A stretch of 64,000 nt of DNA from Dictyostelium discoideum (lineage: Eukaryota). The notes under the pieces are model-generated. The model was not told the origin of the DNA. It did no database searches and saw only the letters and a list, made by a program, of their open reading frames with translations. Shown here in pieces: positions 51,653 through 63,219 of the stretch (its first letter is position 1; each line of letters begins with the position of its first letter). A program made the translations under genes and the position numbers. The DNA is taken from the NCBI GenBank assembly GCA_000004695.1, contig CM000155.2:2976001-3040000 (forward strand), in the 5' to 3' direction.

Positions 51653-52618
51653 TTATAATTACCTTGCAACCAATAAACCTGATAAAATTGCACACATACC
51701 TCTTAATTGATCATTTATTCTTTTTGATTTTGAACCACCAACATGAATGATATCGATTTTATCTGTATATTCTGAAACGTGAAGTGCTGCCTCTAAAAGA
51801 CGAAGATCATTTCTCTCACGAATATTTAAACGAATTGGAATATATTTAGATCTTTCTGTGAACCAATCCTTTGAAAGTCTTGGAATAAAATCTGTAAAAT
51901 TTTCATTCTTGTGAATGAATTTCTCCTCGTCCTCATCAATCTCTTCATCTTCATCTTTATGGTGATTATTGATTTGATGATTATTAGAACCCCCACCATT
52001 ACGTTGTTGATTAGTATGATGAAAAGGTAATGGATTGAGTAAATTACTAGTGCCTCTATACATACTATTTATACTGTTAATGTTGTTGTTGTTGTTATTA
52101 ATACTTTTATTATCATCCATTTCAATGTTGTTAGTGTTGTTGGTATTATTATTGTTGTTGTTGTTGTTTTGAACTTTTTCATCTTCTTTGCCATGTAATG
52201 GAGGTTGACGATCACGTTTATTTAATTCATCATAATCAAGTTCTTGACCATGTTTATTTTTAAAAATATGTGACCTACGTGAACCTCTTCTATGGAGTGA
52301 CTAAAATTTTTTTGAAAAAAAAAAAAAATATATTTTAAATATTAGACTTTTTTTCTTTTAATTTTTCTTTTTTGTATTTTTCTTTTTTTTTTTTTTTTTT
52401 TTATATATACATACAGTTGAACAAACTGTACAAAGTTCATCTTGACATTGCAAACATACAACTTCAGCTGGTTGATCTGTACATTCACAGCACATACCTG
52501 GAGTTTCTTCATCTTCACTCATAGATTCAAATTTACGATTGGTTGAGTCATCTTCTTCTATATCTATATCATCAAGGTCGTTATCCAAAACTTTTGTTAA
52601 TTTATTTTGTTTTGACAT
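50375..52618 (-). CDS. conserved eukaryotic protein with N-terminal B-box-like Cys cluster (3 exons: 52618..52415, 52300..51663, 51566..50375; about 677 aa)
   Basis: Exon A is MSKQNKLTKVLDND...GMCCECTDQPAEVVCLQCQDELCTVCST|GTATGT (7 Cys, zinc-finger-like). Exon B follows TTTTAG| and includes track ORF 51659..52120, ending ...LLVA with AG|GTAATT in phase 2. Exon C begins AAAAG|T, completing a Ser codon, then [45 protein letters not shown]... This is track ORF 50375..51466 extended in frame upstream of its Met. Confidence 0.55.
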
Positions 52619-52980
52619 TTCTATAATAAATAATAAATAAAAAAAAAAAAAAGGTTTAGTGGTGTGGAAAAAAAAAAAAAAAAAATGGAAATTAGATATT
52701 TGGATCAACAACAAAAAAAAAAAAAAAAAAAATTTTTGAAAAAATAAAAAAAATTGGAAAAAAGAAAAAATAAAGAAAGTTGAACTTGAAGGGGGTGAAA
52801 ATAATAAATGTTTACTACAAAAAACATTAACCATATCCCTAAAATTTTCTTTTTTTTTTTTTTCTTTCTTATTTTACTTTTTTTTTTTACTTTTTTTTTT
52901 TACTTTTTTTTTTGTTTTTTTTTTTTTTTTTTTTGAAACCAATGATTTAAATATACTAATGTTATTTTTTTAATTTTTTA

Positions 52981-53193
52981 TTATTTTTTTTTAAATGATT
53001 TACCTTCAGATTGATCTCTTCTTTTTTTTGAAGTTTTGGACGCCACCTTTAACTCGTTTTTGGTATGTTCAGAAGAATGCCCAGAAAATAAATTATATAC
53101 CCAATTAATTATTGCTACAAGTATTATTAGGTTAATCAATAAACCTAATATTAGGGCTGAACTATCTGTTTGAAAGTTTTGTATATAATTCAC
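52981..53193 (-). CDS. hypothetical small single-pass membrane protein (70 aa) with Lys-rich tail
   Basis: An isolated ORF in the 1.1-kb spacer between ppk1 and the zinc-finger gene. It has one strong hydrophobic helix (ALILGLLINLIILVAIINWVY). No homology is recognised. Confidence 0.25.
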   Translation of the reverse strand: MNYIQNFQTDSSALILGLLINLIILVAIINWVYNLFSGHSSEHTKNELKVASKTSKKRRDQSEGKSFKKK

Positions 53194-53302
53194 AATTTTA
53201 TAATGACTAATAAAATATTATTTTTTTTTTTATTTTCTTTTTTTTTTAAAAATTGGAGAACAAAAAAATAAAATAAAAAAAATAAATAAAAATAAAATTA
53301 AT

Positions 53303-53333
<31 letters not shown>

Positions 53334-53355
53334 TAAAGAATTTTTTTAAAATTTT

Positions 53356-53388
<33 letters not shown>

Positions 53389-53534
53389 ATAAAAAATAAA
53401 AAATAAAAAAAAAAAAAAAAAATTAAATTAAAAAAAACGAAAAAATTATTTGTTTTTTTTGTTTTATTTAATATAAAAAATAATAAATCCCTTTTTTATA
53501 TTAAATATTCGTGAATCTGATCTTTTCCAAAAAT

Positions 53535-53574
<40 letters not shown>

Positions 53575-53752
53575 CTCTCTCGAATACTGTATTTTGGAAT
53601 TGATTGGGTTTGACTTAAAATATTTTTTTTATTGATAAACCAGAGCCTCCAAAAGATCGATAATAATAAAAAAAAAAAAAAAAAAAAAATAATAATATAA
53701 TAAAAATAAAAGTTATTAATTTTTTAAATATTTTAATTATTTATTTATTTGT

Positions 53753-56700
53753 TTATTTTGACCAAATTACTGGATGTTTTTGATTTGTTTGATTCATGAA
53801 TTGAGTTTGAGAATCTTCATCAATTGGAGAAGAACGTTTTTTATAACGACCATCAGATAACATTTCCCAAGCGTTTGAATCATTACAATAAACATTTATA
53901 ATTTCATAGAGTTGTTTGATGTTATTAGCATCGTCAACAGGAACCATTACTTCGACACGACGTTTAAGATTACGATGTAACCAATCGGCTGATGCAATAT
54001 AAGCTTTTGGTTTGCCATTATTATGGAAACAATAGATTCTTGAATGTTCAAGGAAACGACCAAGAATTGAGATGACTTTAATATTTTCACTGATACCTTT
54101 AATTCCTGGAAGTATTCTACAACGACCTCTAACGACTAGAGTGATTTTCACACCTGCTATACTTGCTTGGTAGAGGGCATTGACCAATCTCTTATCATCC
54201 AAACCATTCATGACGGCATTGATAGTTGCGTCTTTACCTTCTCTGGCGTTCTTTGCCTCGTTATCGATCAATTGGATTAAAGTGGATCTCATATTCATTG
54301 GAGCGATTAAAAGTTTCTTAAAGGAGGATACACGGCTATAGCCAGTGAGGTAGTTGAAAAGGTTGCACATATCTTCACCTAGGTCAGGGTCACAACTGAA
54401 TAGACAAATATCGGCATAGACGTCAGAGGTGCTTGCATTGTAGTTACCAGTGGAGATATTTAAATACTCTCTTAGACCATTCTCCTCCTCACGTACGACC
54501 ATTGCGATTTTAGCATGAGTTTTCAAACCAACCAAACCATAACTTACATGACAACCAGCTTGTTCCAAAAGACGGGCGAATTTTGTATTTTGTTCTTCGT
54601 CACCAGATGCCTTCAAATCCACCAAGACCATAACCTCCTTATGAGAGGCAGCCTCGCAAAGTGCACGAATCAATTGAGAATTTGAGTTTGTTCTATAGAT
54701 TGCGATTTTGATTGCCAATACTTTTGGATCCTTAACTGCACTTTCAATAAAGAATTGAACAGAAGAATTGAAGCTTAGATAAGGTAAATTCACCAATAGC
54801 TCACCTTTTCTAATGACAGAAAAGACGTCCTCTGATGGATATTTTGCCAAGTTTACTAATCTACTTGGGATGTGGGGTACCCAAGGTTGGAATTTGAGAT
54901 GTGGTAAGTTTAATTTACAAAGTTCAAAGAGATCTTGTAAACCCAATGGACCATTGATGACGTAGACATCATAGGCATCCAATGCCAATTGTGTCTTTAA
55001 CATATCCAATATCTCTGCGGGCATATTATGACTGACCTCTAATCTAACCATTGGTGCAAACTTTCTCTTATGTAATTCGGTTTTAATTAATTCCAAAAGA
55101 TCATTTGCCTGATCCTCTCCACTAAGCTTCAAATCATTGTGACGTGATACACGGAACAATGACTTTGTCAAGATTTTAGTGTTTGGGAAGAGTGTATCCA
55201 AATTTGCCAATATTATCTCCTCCATTGGTATGATTGAATAGTTGGAACGTTGTTTAATATGTACAAAACGTGGGATTCTTTGAGGCACTTTAATACGTAC
55301 GAATCTGGTGGTATCTTCGTCATGTTTCAAAAGGACCGCTATGTTCAATGAGAGATTACTAAGATTAGGGAATGGATGACCTGCATCGACCACCAATGGT
55401 GTCATCAATGGGAAAACATGTTGTAAAAAGAAACCACGTAATTGAATTTTCTCTGGTTCTGTTAAATCGGAATACTTTATAATGAATACATTATTATTTG
55501 AAAGTTCTGGTGCTAATATATTCATATAGATATTATAAATCTCATTGATTAAATTTCTTGTTGTATTCAATACCATATTAATATAATGTTCCTCTGGTTT
55601 CAATGTTTTTCTAGTAGAAATATAACCTAATCTTAACTTTAATGCACGTTTACAAAAATACATATCCAAATTTTGTGATGTAATTGCAATGAATCTAACA
55701 CGTTCTAATATTGGATAAGTTGGATTATATGCTTCATAAAGTATACGATAAAAGTAAATTAATTCTGATAATTCCCTATTAAAAAACATTCTTGAACCAC
55801 TTAATTGTAAAACTTTAATATCAATTGGTATTTCTGATTCTGGTATACTTTGTTGTTGTTGTTGTTGCTGTTCTGCTAAACTACCATTACCATTTGGAAT
55901 TATTGATGATGATGATAATCCTGAAATTAAGGGTGAAGTTGAACCATCACCACCTGATGAAAATGGTTTACCAATCATTGTTGATGATTTAAAATCATTG
56001 TTATTATTATTATTTGTATTTTGAATTAAATTATTAAATAAATTATCAACATCTAAAATTGTATGTTTTACAGATGGTACAATGAAATTATTTTCACTAT
56101 CAACTATATCTTGACAATAGGATGGATCTGGTAAGACATTTGCTAATGGTGGTGCATCCCATGAATTTAATGATGTAAATTTAGATTTTGTTGAATCTGA
56201 ATTACAATTACCATTACTATTACTATTACTATTATTATTATTACTACTACTACTACTACTACTACCACTACTAATGTCATTTTTCAAAGGTTCGGAAATT
56301 GGTTGTGGATTTTGAACAGTTAGGACATTTGATGTACCTAATTCACTTAAACCTAACATTGATGATAATTTAATTGGTTGAACTGGTGATTTTGATGGAT
56401 TCACTGTTGATGATTTTACAAATTCAGTTGGTGAGAATAATGTACCAGATTCCATTAATTGACAATTTTGAACTGGATTTGCTGTGGTTTCTTTATTTTT
56501 AGATTTTGATTTTGATTTTGATGATTTTGATGATGATTTTGATGAACGTTTCTTTTTTTTATCATTTGGATTTGGAATTAATTTACCATTGCCACCATTT
56601 GATTCTGCTGCTGAATCTTCATCTTCTTCATCAAATGATGATGATTCTTCATCATAATCATCTTCGAAATCAACTGGACATTCTTGTGATATTTTATATC

Positions 56701-56914
56701 TATGTAATTCCATTGCTGCTGTTGATGATGATGATCCAGTATGTTCATCATCACTTTCTTCACCACTTGTTGAAGTAGTTGTTGTAGTAGTGGTAGTGGT
56801 GGAGGTGGTGGTGGTGGTTGATTCTTTATTATTACTATTAATTTTGAGTTTATTTAATTCTTCTTCATCAAATTCATCTAATATTTTATTTTCCATTTTT
56901 GAGTTAGTTATCAT
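53753..56914 (-). CDS. ppk1: polyphosphate kinase 1 (bacterial-type PPK1) with about 370-aa low-complexity N-terminal extension, 1053 aa
   Basis: The C-terminal ~680 aa are collinear with bacterial PPK1. Examples are ...FFNRELSELIYFYRIL..., ...DLKASGDEEQNTKFARLLEQAGCHVSYGLVGLKTHAKIAMVVREE... (the autophosphorylated His region), and ...ISILGRFLEHSRIYCFHNNGKPKAYIASADWLHRNLKRRVEV... (the PLD-like C2 domain). The N-terminus is Thr/Ser/Asn-rich and eukaryote-like. GC content is higher than the surroundings. Dictyostelium is known to carry PPK1. Confidence 0.9.
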   Translation of the reverse strand: MITNSKMENKILDEFDEEELNKLKINSNNKESTTTTTSTTTTTTTTTSTSGEESDDEHTGSSSSTAAMELHRYKISQECPVDFEDDYDEESSSFDEEDEDSAAESNGGNGKLIPNPNDKKKKRSSKSSSKSSKSKSKSKNKETTANPVQNCQLMESGTLFSPTEFVKSSTVNPSKSPVQPIKLSSMLGLSELGTSNVLTVQNPQPISEPLKNDISSGSSSSSSSNNNNSNSNSNGNCNSDSTKSKFTSLNSWDAPPLANVLPDPSYCQDIVDSENNFIVPSVKHTILDVDNLFNNLIQNTNNNNNNDFKSSTMIGKPFSSGGDGSTSPLISGLSSSSIIPNGNGSLAEQQQQQQQSIPESEIPIDIKVLQLSGSRMFFNRELSELIYFYRILYEAYNPTYPILERVRFIAITSQNLDMYFCKRALKLRLGYISTRKTLKPEEHYINMVLNTTRNLINEIYNIYMNILAPELSNNNVFIIKYSDLTEPEKIQLRGFFLQHVFPLMTPLVVDAGHPFPNLSNLSLNIAVLLKHDEDTTRFVRIKVPQRIPRFVHIKQRSNYSIIPMEEIILANLDTLFPNTKILTKSLFRVSRHNDLKLSGEDQANDLLELIKTELHKRKFAPMVRLEVSHNMPAEILDMLKTQLALDAYDVYVINGPLGLQDLFELCKLNLPHLKFQPWVPHIPSRLVNLAKYPSEDVFSVIRKGELLVNLPYLSFNSSVQFFIESAVKDPKVLAIKIAIYRTNSNSQLIRALCEAASHKEVMVLVDLKASGDEEQNTKFARLLEQAGCHVSYGLVGLKTHAKIAMVVREEENGLREYLNISTGNYNASTSDVYADICLFSCDPDLGEDMCNLFNYLTGYSRVSSFKKLLIAPMNMRSTLIQLIDNEAKNAREGKDATINAVMNGLDDKRLVNALYQASIAGVKITLVVRGRCRILPGIKGISENIKVISILGRFLEHSRIYCFHNNGKPKAYIASADWLHRNLKRRVEVMVPVDDANNIKQLYEIINVYCNDSNAWEMLSDGRYKKRSSPIDEDSQTQFMNQTNQKHPVIWSK

Positions 56915-58209
56915 TTTTTGGATTTTTTTGGATTTTTTTTTTTTTTTTGGATTTTTTTTATTTATTTATTTGTGGTGTGTGTATTTTAAAAACTAGGAAG
57001 AGAGAAAAGAGAAAAGAGAAAAAAAAAAAAAAAAGGAAAAAAAGGAAAAAAAAAAAAAAATGAATGGTTTAAAAAGTTAACCAACAAAGCAAAAAAAAAA
57101 AAAAATTAAAAAAAAAAAATAAAAAAAAAAAAAACAAAAATAAATTATTTTGAATTTATTCTATATGTTCTAAAAATCCATTGTCTGGGGGGTTTGTCTG
57201 AAAGTTTCAATTTTTTTAATTGTCAATTTCGGAATTATATTAATAATCTTGGATATAGTCTGAAAATACAATGCAATTCGGTCTGAAACTCTAAAAAAAT
57301 TCCAAAATTGTTCAATGTCAACATACTGTCATTATTTTTTTTAAAAAATTTTTAAAAAAAAAAAAAAACAAAAAAAAAAAAAAAAAACAAAAATAGTTTT
57401 TGATCAAAATTTTTTTTTTGGTTTTTTTTTTTTTTTTTTTTTTTTATTATTATTTTTCATTTTTGATTGTTTGGTGAAAATCGTATTTATATATAAATAA
57501 ACCACTTTTTTTTTATTTTTATTCCAAATATATATAAAACTATTTAAATAAAGTAAAAAAAAAAAAAAAAAAAATAAACCATTCCAAAATTTTACAATTT
57601 AAAAGAAATAAAAAAAAAGAAGAAAAAAAAATACAACTTTTTAGTAATAAACCATACCTTTAATTTCAATAGAACTTGATTTTGTAGGTTTTATATCATT
57701 CATTTTTAGTTTTTTAATACTTTGGTTATTTAATTATTTTTAATTTTTTTTTTTTTTTTTTTTTTTTCTATTCCAAATATTTTTTTATATTTTATACTTT
57801 TATATTTTTTTTAAAATATTTTTAATTATTTATTTTTATTATTTTAAAGTTTGAATCTATTACAAGCAAGGATTAAGTATTTATTTCTTTTTTTCCCAAA
57901 CTAAATAATTAATGATAAAATAAATTAAAAAAAAAAAAAAAAAAAAAATTAAAAAATTATAAAAATAAAAAATTAAAAAAAAAAACAAATTAAAAAAAAA
58001 AAAAAAAAAAACAATAATAGTTACACAAAAAACAAATTAAAATAAAAAAAACCCTCAAAAAAGTGGGGGTATCTCATTTTTTGGAAGATAAAAAAAAAAC
58101 TTTTTTTTTAAATAAATTAAATTTATTAAATATAGAAACATGAGTGTGTGTAAAAAAAAAAAAAAGAAAACAAAAATAAAAAATAGAAAAATAAAAAAAA
58201 TAAAAAATT

Positions 58210-59003
58210 TTATTTTATGAATTTATATTTTGAATAATAAAAGAAAGTTAAAGTATATAGAAATTGAATTACTACAAAATGAATATGAGAAATTGAAAAA
58301 TGATGTTGAATTAATTCCAAAATACTATTCATAGTTAAAAAAACAATTAATAATATTTTAACTAAATCTGGTGATAATATTTCATGTTGTTGCTGCTGCT
58401 TTTGCTCTTGCTGTTGTTTTCCATTTTCATTATAATATTTATTGTATAAATAAAGTAACTTGAATACTACCAATTGTTGAATTGCAATGAAATTACTCTC
58501 AATTGAATCTAAATAATAGGAAAAATCAAAAGAAATACTAAGTGTACCCATAAGTAAAGGAATCAATTGTGACATTATTGCATGAGAAAATGACCAACCA
58601 ATTCCAATTCCTAAAATTCTATAATCTTTTGATCCTGAAAATTCTGCAAACTTTAATACCAATGACATTGAAAATAAATCTATAACATTACAAATTATTT
58701 TAATTATTTCCTTAAAAAAAAAAAAAACAAAAAAAAAAAAAAAAAAAAATTAAAATAAATCCATAATTAGTAATATTTTAATAATAATAATAATAATAGT
58801 AATAATAAATACATACAGGGTATATACCAATTGAAGTAGTATTAAATGATGGTAGAAAGGTTGCAATAATTAACATTTTTAAGAACTGAGTGAATATACA
58901 TCCAATGAATCCATATAATATTAATTGATTGGATTTTATTTCATTTCTAAATTTAAAAAAAAAAAAAAATAAAATAAAATAAAAATTATTAGTAGTTTTG
59001 TTT

Positions 59004-59034
<31 letters not shown>

Positions 59035-59128
59035 TTATTTTGAGGTATTACAGTTTTAATGATTTATAAATAATATAAAATGGAGAAAATGTTATCAAAA
59101 GACAACTCGAAAAATATAAAAATGTCAT
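58210..59128 (-). CDS. tmem147: TMEM147 homologue (7-TM ER membrane protein of the Nicalin-NOMO/BOS complex) (3 exons: 59128..59052, 58946..58817, 58710..58210)
   Basis: The protein is MTFLYFSSCLLITFSPFYIIYKSLKL|NEIKSNQLILYGFIGCIFTQFLKMLIIATFLPSFNTTSIGIYP|EIIKIICNVIDLFSMSLVLKFAEFSGSKDYRILGIGIGWSFSHAIMSQLIPLL.... It matches human TMEM147: [50 protein letters not shown], and [26 protein letters not shown]. Donors are CT|GTAATA and GTATGT. Confidence 0.75.
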
Positions 59129-59274
59129 TACTGATATACTTTTAAATTTTGTTTACAATCTATTGAACAATATTCCCCACAGTGTTCCATTTGGTTTTTA
59201 TTTTTATTTTTATTTTTATTTTCATTTTCATTTTTTTTTGATAATAATAAAAAAAAAAAAAAAAAAAAAAAAAA

Positions 59275-59312
<38 letters not shown>

Positions 59313-59801
59313 AAAAAAAAAAAAATGGAAATAGGTCCTATTTTATTTTATAATTTTTAAGACAGAGCGATTGCGATCCGGTTCAAAAAAAAAATTAAAA
59401 ATTTTAAAAATTGTGGCCTTTTAAGGATTTTTTTTAATTTTTTATTTTTTGTTTTTTTTTCTTTCCAAACCTATAATAAATACAAAAAAAGCTTTTTTTT
59501 TTCCCACGCCATAACACAAAAAACAGTACCTTTTTTTAAACTATAAAATTTTCGCAAGGAAAAAAAAAAAAAAAATAAAAAAAAAAATAAAAAAAAATAA
59601 AAAAAAAAAAAAAATTTCATTTTTTATTTTTGTAAATTTTTAATTTGTGTACAAATATAAATATATATATTTTTAATATTATATATATAATATACATATA
59701 GTTCTATTTATTTGGGAGTCCCAAATAAAATAAGGAAAAAAAATAAAATAAAAATAAAAAATAGAATAAAAAGATCAATAAAAAAAATAAAATAAAATAA
59801 A

Positions 59802-61200
59802 ATGTCACCCAATGATGTTGAACAACAGCAGCTACCAACCCAAAATAACAACTATAATGATAATATAAATAGTCCATCATTAAATGATGATGATGAGGAT
59901 TCATTTTTTAGAGAAATTAAAGAAATTAGCAGAGGTAGACCAAAAACTAGAGATGAAATTCAAATAAGTGATAGAACAAGACTATCAAGATGGGATACAC
60001 CTTTAACAAATGATGGGGTTTCACCTTTTTCAAGTATTTTTAAAACCCTACCACCTGGTTTAACTGATGAACAAATTGCTGCTTTAATTTGTAAGTAAAA
60101 AAAAAAAAACCTATTACACACACACACAATTATAATAACTTTTTTTTTTTTTTTTTTTTTTTTTATGAATAATTTTGAAGTAAGATTAAGAGTTGATGAA
60201 ATTACAAAGAAAATTACAATTGGACCAATTGAATTTACAGAGAGAGATAGAGAGAGATCACCATCACCACCACCAACTTATGATAATAATGGTAAGAGAT
60301 CAAATACAAGGGAACAGAGAATTAAGGAAAAGCTACAAAAGGAGAGACATCAATTGGTTGTAACAGCACAACAAATCAATCCAACCTATAAACCACCATC
60401 AGATTATCAACCACCAAATGAGAAGAAAACTAGAAAGATCTACATCCCAATAAAGAATCATCCAGAATATAATTTCATTGGTTTAATCATCGGACCACGT
60501 GGTAACACACAAAAACGTATGGAGAAAGAGTCTGGTGCAAAAATTGCTATCAGGGGTAAAGGTTCATCACGTGATGGCAAACCAACCAAACTTCAATTTC
60601 AAGAGAATGATGAGTTACACGTTCTCCTAACTGCAGACACTGTTGATCAATTGGATAAGGCGGAAGTGTTGGTTAGAGAGTTTTTAATACCAGTTGAGGA
60701 GGGTAAGAATGAACATAAACGTCAACAACTTCGTGAATTGGCTGAAATGAATGGTACACTTAGAGAACGTCCTGCTTACATGGGTAATCGTAGTTGGACA
60801 CCTGTCGATATAAAATGTGTTCAATGTGGTGAAACTAGTCATCCTTCCTCTGATTGTCCATTACGTTCGAATGAATCAAATCAACAATATATCGAATCTG
60901 AATATCAAAAATTCATTGATGAAATGTCTAAATCTTTAGGTTTTGATATTAGTATTTCTCCAAATCAAAATGATAATTCTTTACAAAATATAAATTTAAA
61001 TAATAATAATAACAATAGTAATGGTAATAATAATGGAAATAATAATGGACGTAATTTTAATAATGATACTGTTGGTGATATGGATGAATCACCTCCACAT
61101 CATACTCAATCACACTTTCAACAAAATTCACCTCAATTTGATCAACAACAACACCAACAACAATGGAATAATAATAACAATAACAACAACAATAACAATC

Positions 61201-61267
<67 letters not shown>

Positions 61268-61515
61268 TAATAATAACAATAATAATAACTTTTCAAATTA
61301 TAATGTAAATATATTTTCAAACATTAGAAAAAGAAAACTATAAATGAATAATTACTAATACCCAATTTTGTTTTTATTTTTCTACAAAAAAAAAAAAAAA
61401 ACTATTAACTAAATAATTTTAGAATAATAATCAATCTTTTTACAATAATAATAACTCACCATATGGCCCTCCAAATGGTGGTTCTCCTTATGGTCCACCA
61501 AGAAATACGTACTAA
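59802..61515 (+). CDS. sf1: splicing factor 1 / branchpoint-binding protein (KH domain plus CCHC zinc knuckle) (exons 59802..60090, 60181..61304 or ..61343, and probably 61423..61515)
   Basis: Exon 1 ends ...[10 protein letters not shown] at T|GTAAGT (phase 1). After GAAG| comes [12 protein letters not shown]...[22 protein letters not shown]...[45 protein letters not shown] (KH)...[15 protein letters not shown] (zinc knuckle). These match human SF1 block for block. A polyN tail follows. A GTAAAT donor at 61305 and AG at 61421-22 would add a Pro-rich terminal exon [30 protein letters not shown]. Confidence 0.75.
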
Positions 61516-61583
61516 CAAAATAATTAACACCTAATAAATTAATATAAATACTAACCTTTTTAAAATAATGTTATCCAATTTTG

Positions 61584-61614
<31 letters not shown>

Positions 61615-62045
61615 GTTATTATTTCAGTTTTTTAATTTTTTTTCCTAAAAGTATGGAAAATTTTGGTTTTACTGTTTTTCTCAAGGAAAAAACTGAACCC
61701 TAATATTATTTATGACAAATAAAAAAAAAAAATAAATAAATAAATAAAATTAATCATCTTAAATCAATTTATTTCAGTTTAGAAACACTTGTATATTATT
61801 AGTAATAAATAATAATAAGTACAAAAAAAAAAAAAAAAAAAAAAAATTATTTGTTCTTTAATATATTATTTTTAAAAAATATTTTTTATTTATTCCTTTT
61901 TTTTTTTTTTTCTTTTCTTGTTTGATGGTTTATTTTAAAAACCTCACACATTATAATTTATTTATTGTTTTTTATTTATTTATTTATTATTTATTTATTT
62001 ATTTATTTATTTAGCTATTATTATTAGTTGTTTTAAAAATACAAG

Positions 62046-62160
<115 letters not shown>

Positions 62161-62204
62161 CTATTATTATTATTTTAATAAGTTGTTTAATTCCAATTTT
62201 AAAA

Positions 62205-62250
<46 letters not shown>

Positions 62251-62259
62251 ATAAACCAT

Positions 62260-62891
62260 TTAAATATCTTTTCTCGCATTAATTTTATCAATAATATTTT
62301 GTAATGGTAACATTTCTTTTTTATCAACTAAATTAAATTCTTTAATAAATAAATAAAAATGACGGAATGCTGTATTTAAATGAGCTTCAACACCCAAAAC
62401 TGATACTCTATCCATATGTGAATAATATATGTGTGCATAAACCCTAAATAAACGTTTAAAAATTGCTTTAATTGTTGGTAAAAAATTCTTTGGCATATCT
62501 TCTGTTGGTTTAGTTGGAAATATATCTTCATCATCTAATTGTACCTCTATATATATATATATATATAAATATAATAATTTTAATATTATTTATTAATAAA
62601 CAATGGAAAAAAATAAAATAAAATAAAAAAAGACACTAAGTGGAAAGGGGATGATGAATATTATTAAAAATACATACGAATCCATGTCATTAAATAATCA
62701 ACATATGCTGGTGCAGAAACTCTAATTGGTTTTTTAATTTCTTTACCATCTGCCCAAAGGAATTCATATTGTGGTCCTGCTGACATTGATGGGCAATATT
62801 TTGGTGTACAAAATTCAGTAATTGATCCATATAATAAATTTGATTGATTAAAAAAATCTATAGCTATTTTAATTTATATTTTAGTTTGTTA

Positions 62892-62922
<31 letters not shown>

Positions 62923-63219
62923 TAAAATAACCTCGTACTATTTACTGATAGCCATTCAAATAATGTTTCATCAGGTGGTAATTTAATTGCATCAGTTAAA
63001 TCACCTGATCCTAATGTCTCTTTTATTTTTTGGTGCAATTCATATTGTTTTGTTCCTTTTTTAATTGATTTTTTAGGTTTAAAAGTTTGTGCTTTTGATC
63101 CACTTATTTTTTAAAAAAAAAAATAAAAAAAAAAAAAAATAAAAAAATAAAAAAATTAGAGGTTGAATTTAATATATTAATATAAAATAAGAAGGAAATA
63201 CTTACAAAATTTTAAACAT
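62260..63219 (-). CDS. MOB1 (Mps one binder) kinase activator, about 216 aa (4 exons: 63219..63206, 63101..62938, 62862..62677, about 62546..62260)
   Basis: The protein is MFKI-F|GSKAQTFKPKKSIKKGTKQYELHQKIKETLGSGDLTDAIKLPPDETLFEWLSVN-T|IDFFNQSNLLYGSITEFCTPKYCPSMSAGPQYEFLWADGKEIKKPIRVSAPAYVDYLMTWI-Q|VQLDDEDIFPTKPTEDMPKNFLPTIKAIFKRLFRVYAHIYYSHMD...EAHLNTAFRHFYLFIKEFNLVDKKEMLPLQNII. It is collinear with human MOB1A and the same length. Exon 1 is 14 nt. Donor 2 is the atypical GTACGA. Confidence 0.8.

Noticed and set aside
56506-56996. Small His/Leu/Met-rich ORFs on both strands at the ppk1 5' end
   Set aside because: They are antisense or overlapping frames of the low-complexity N-terminal extension of ppk1.
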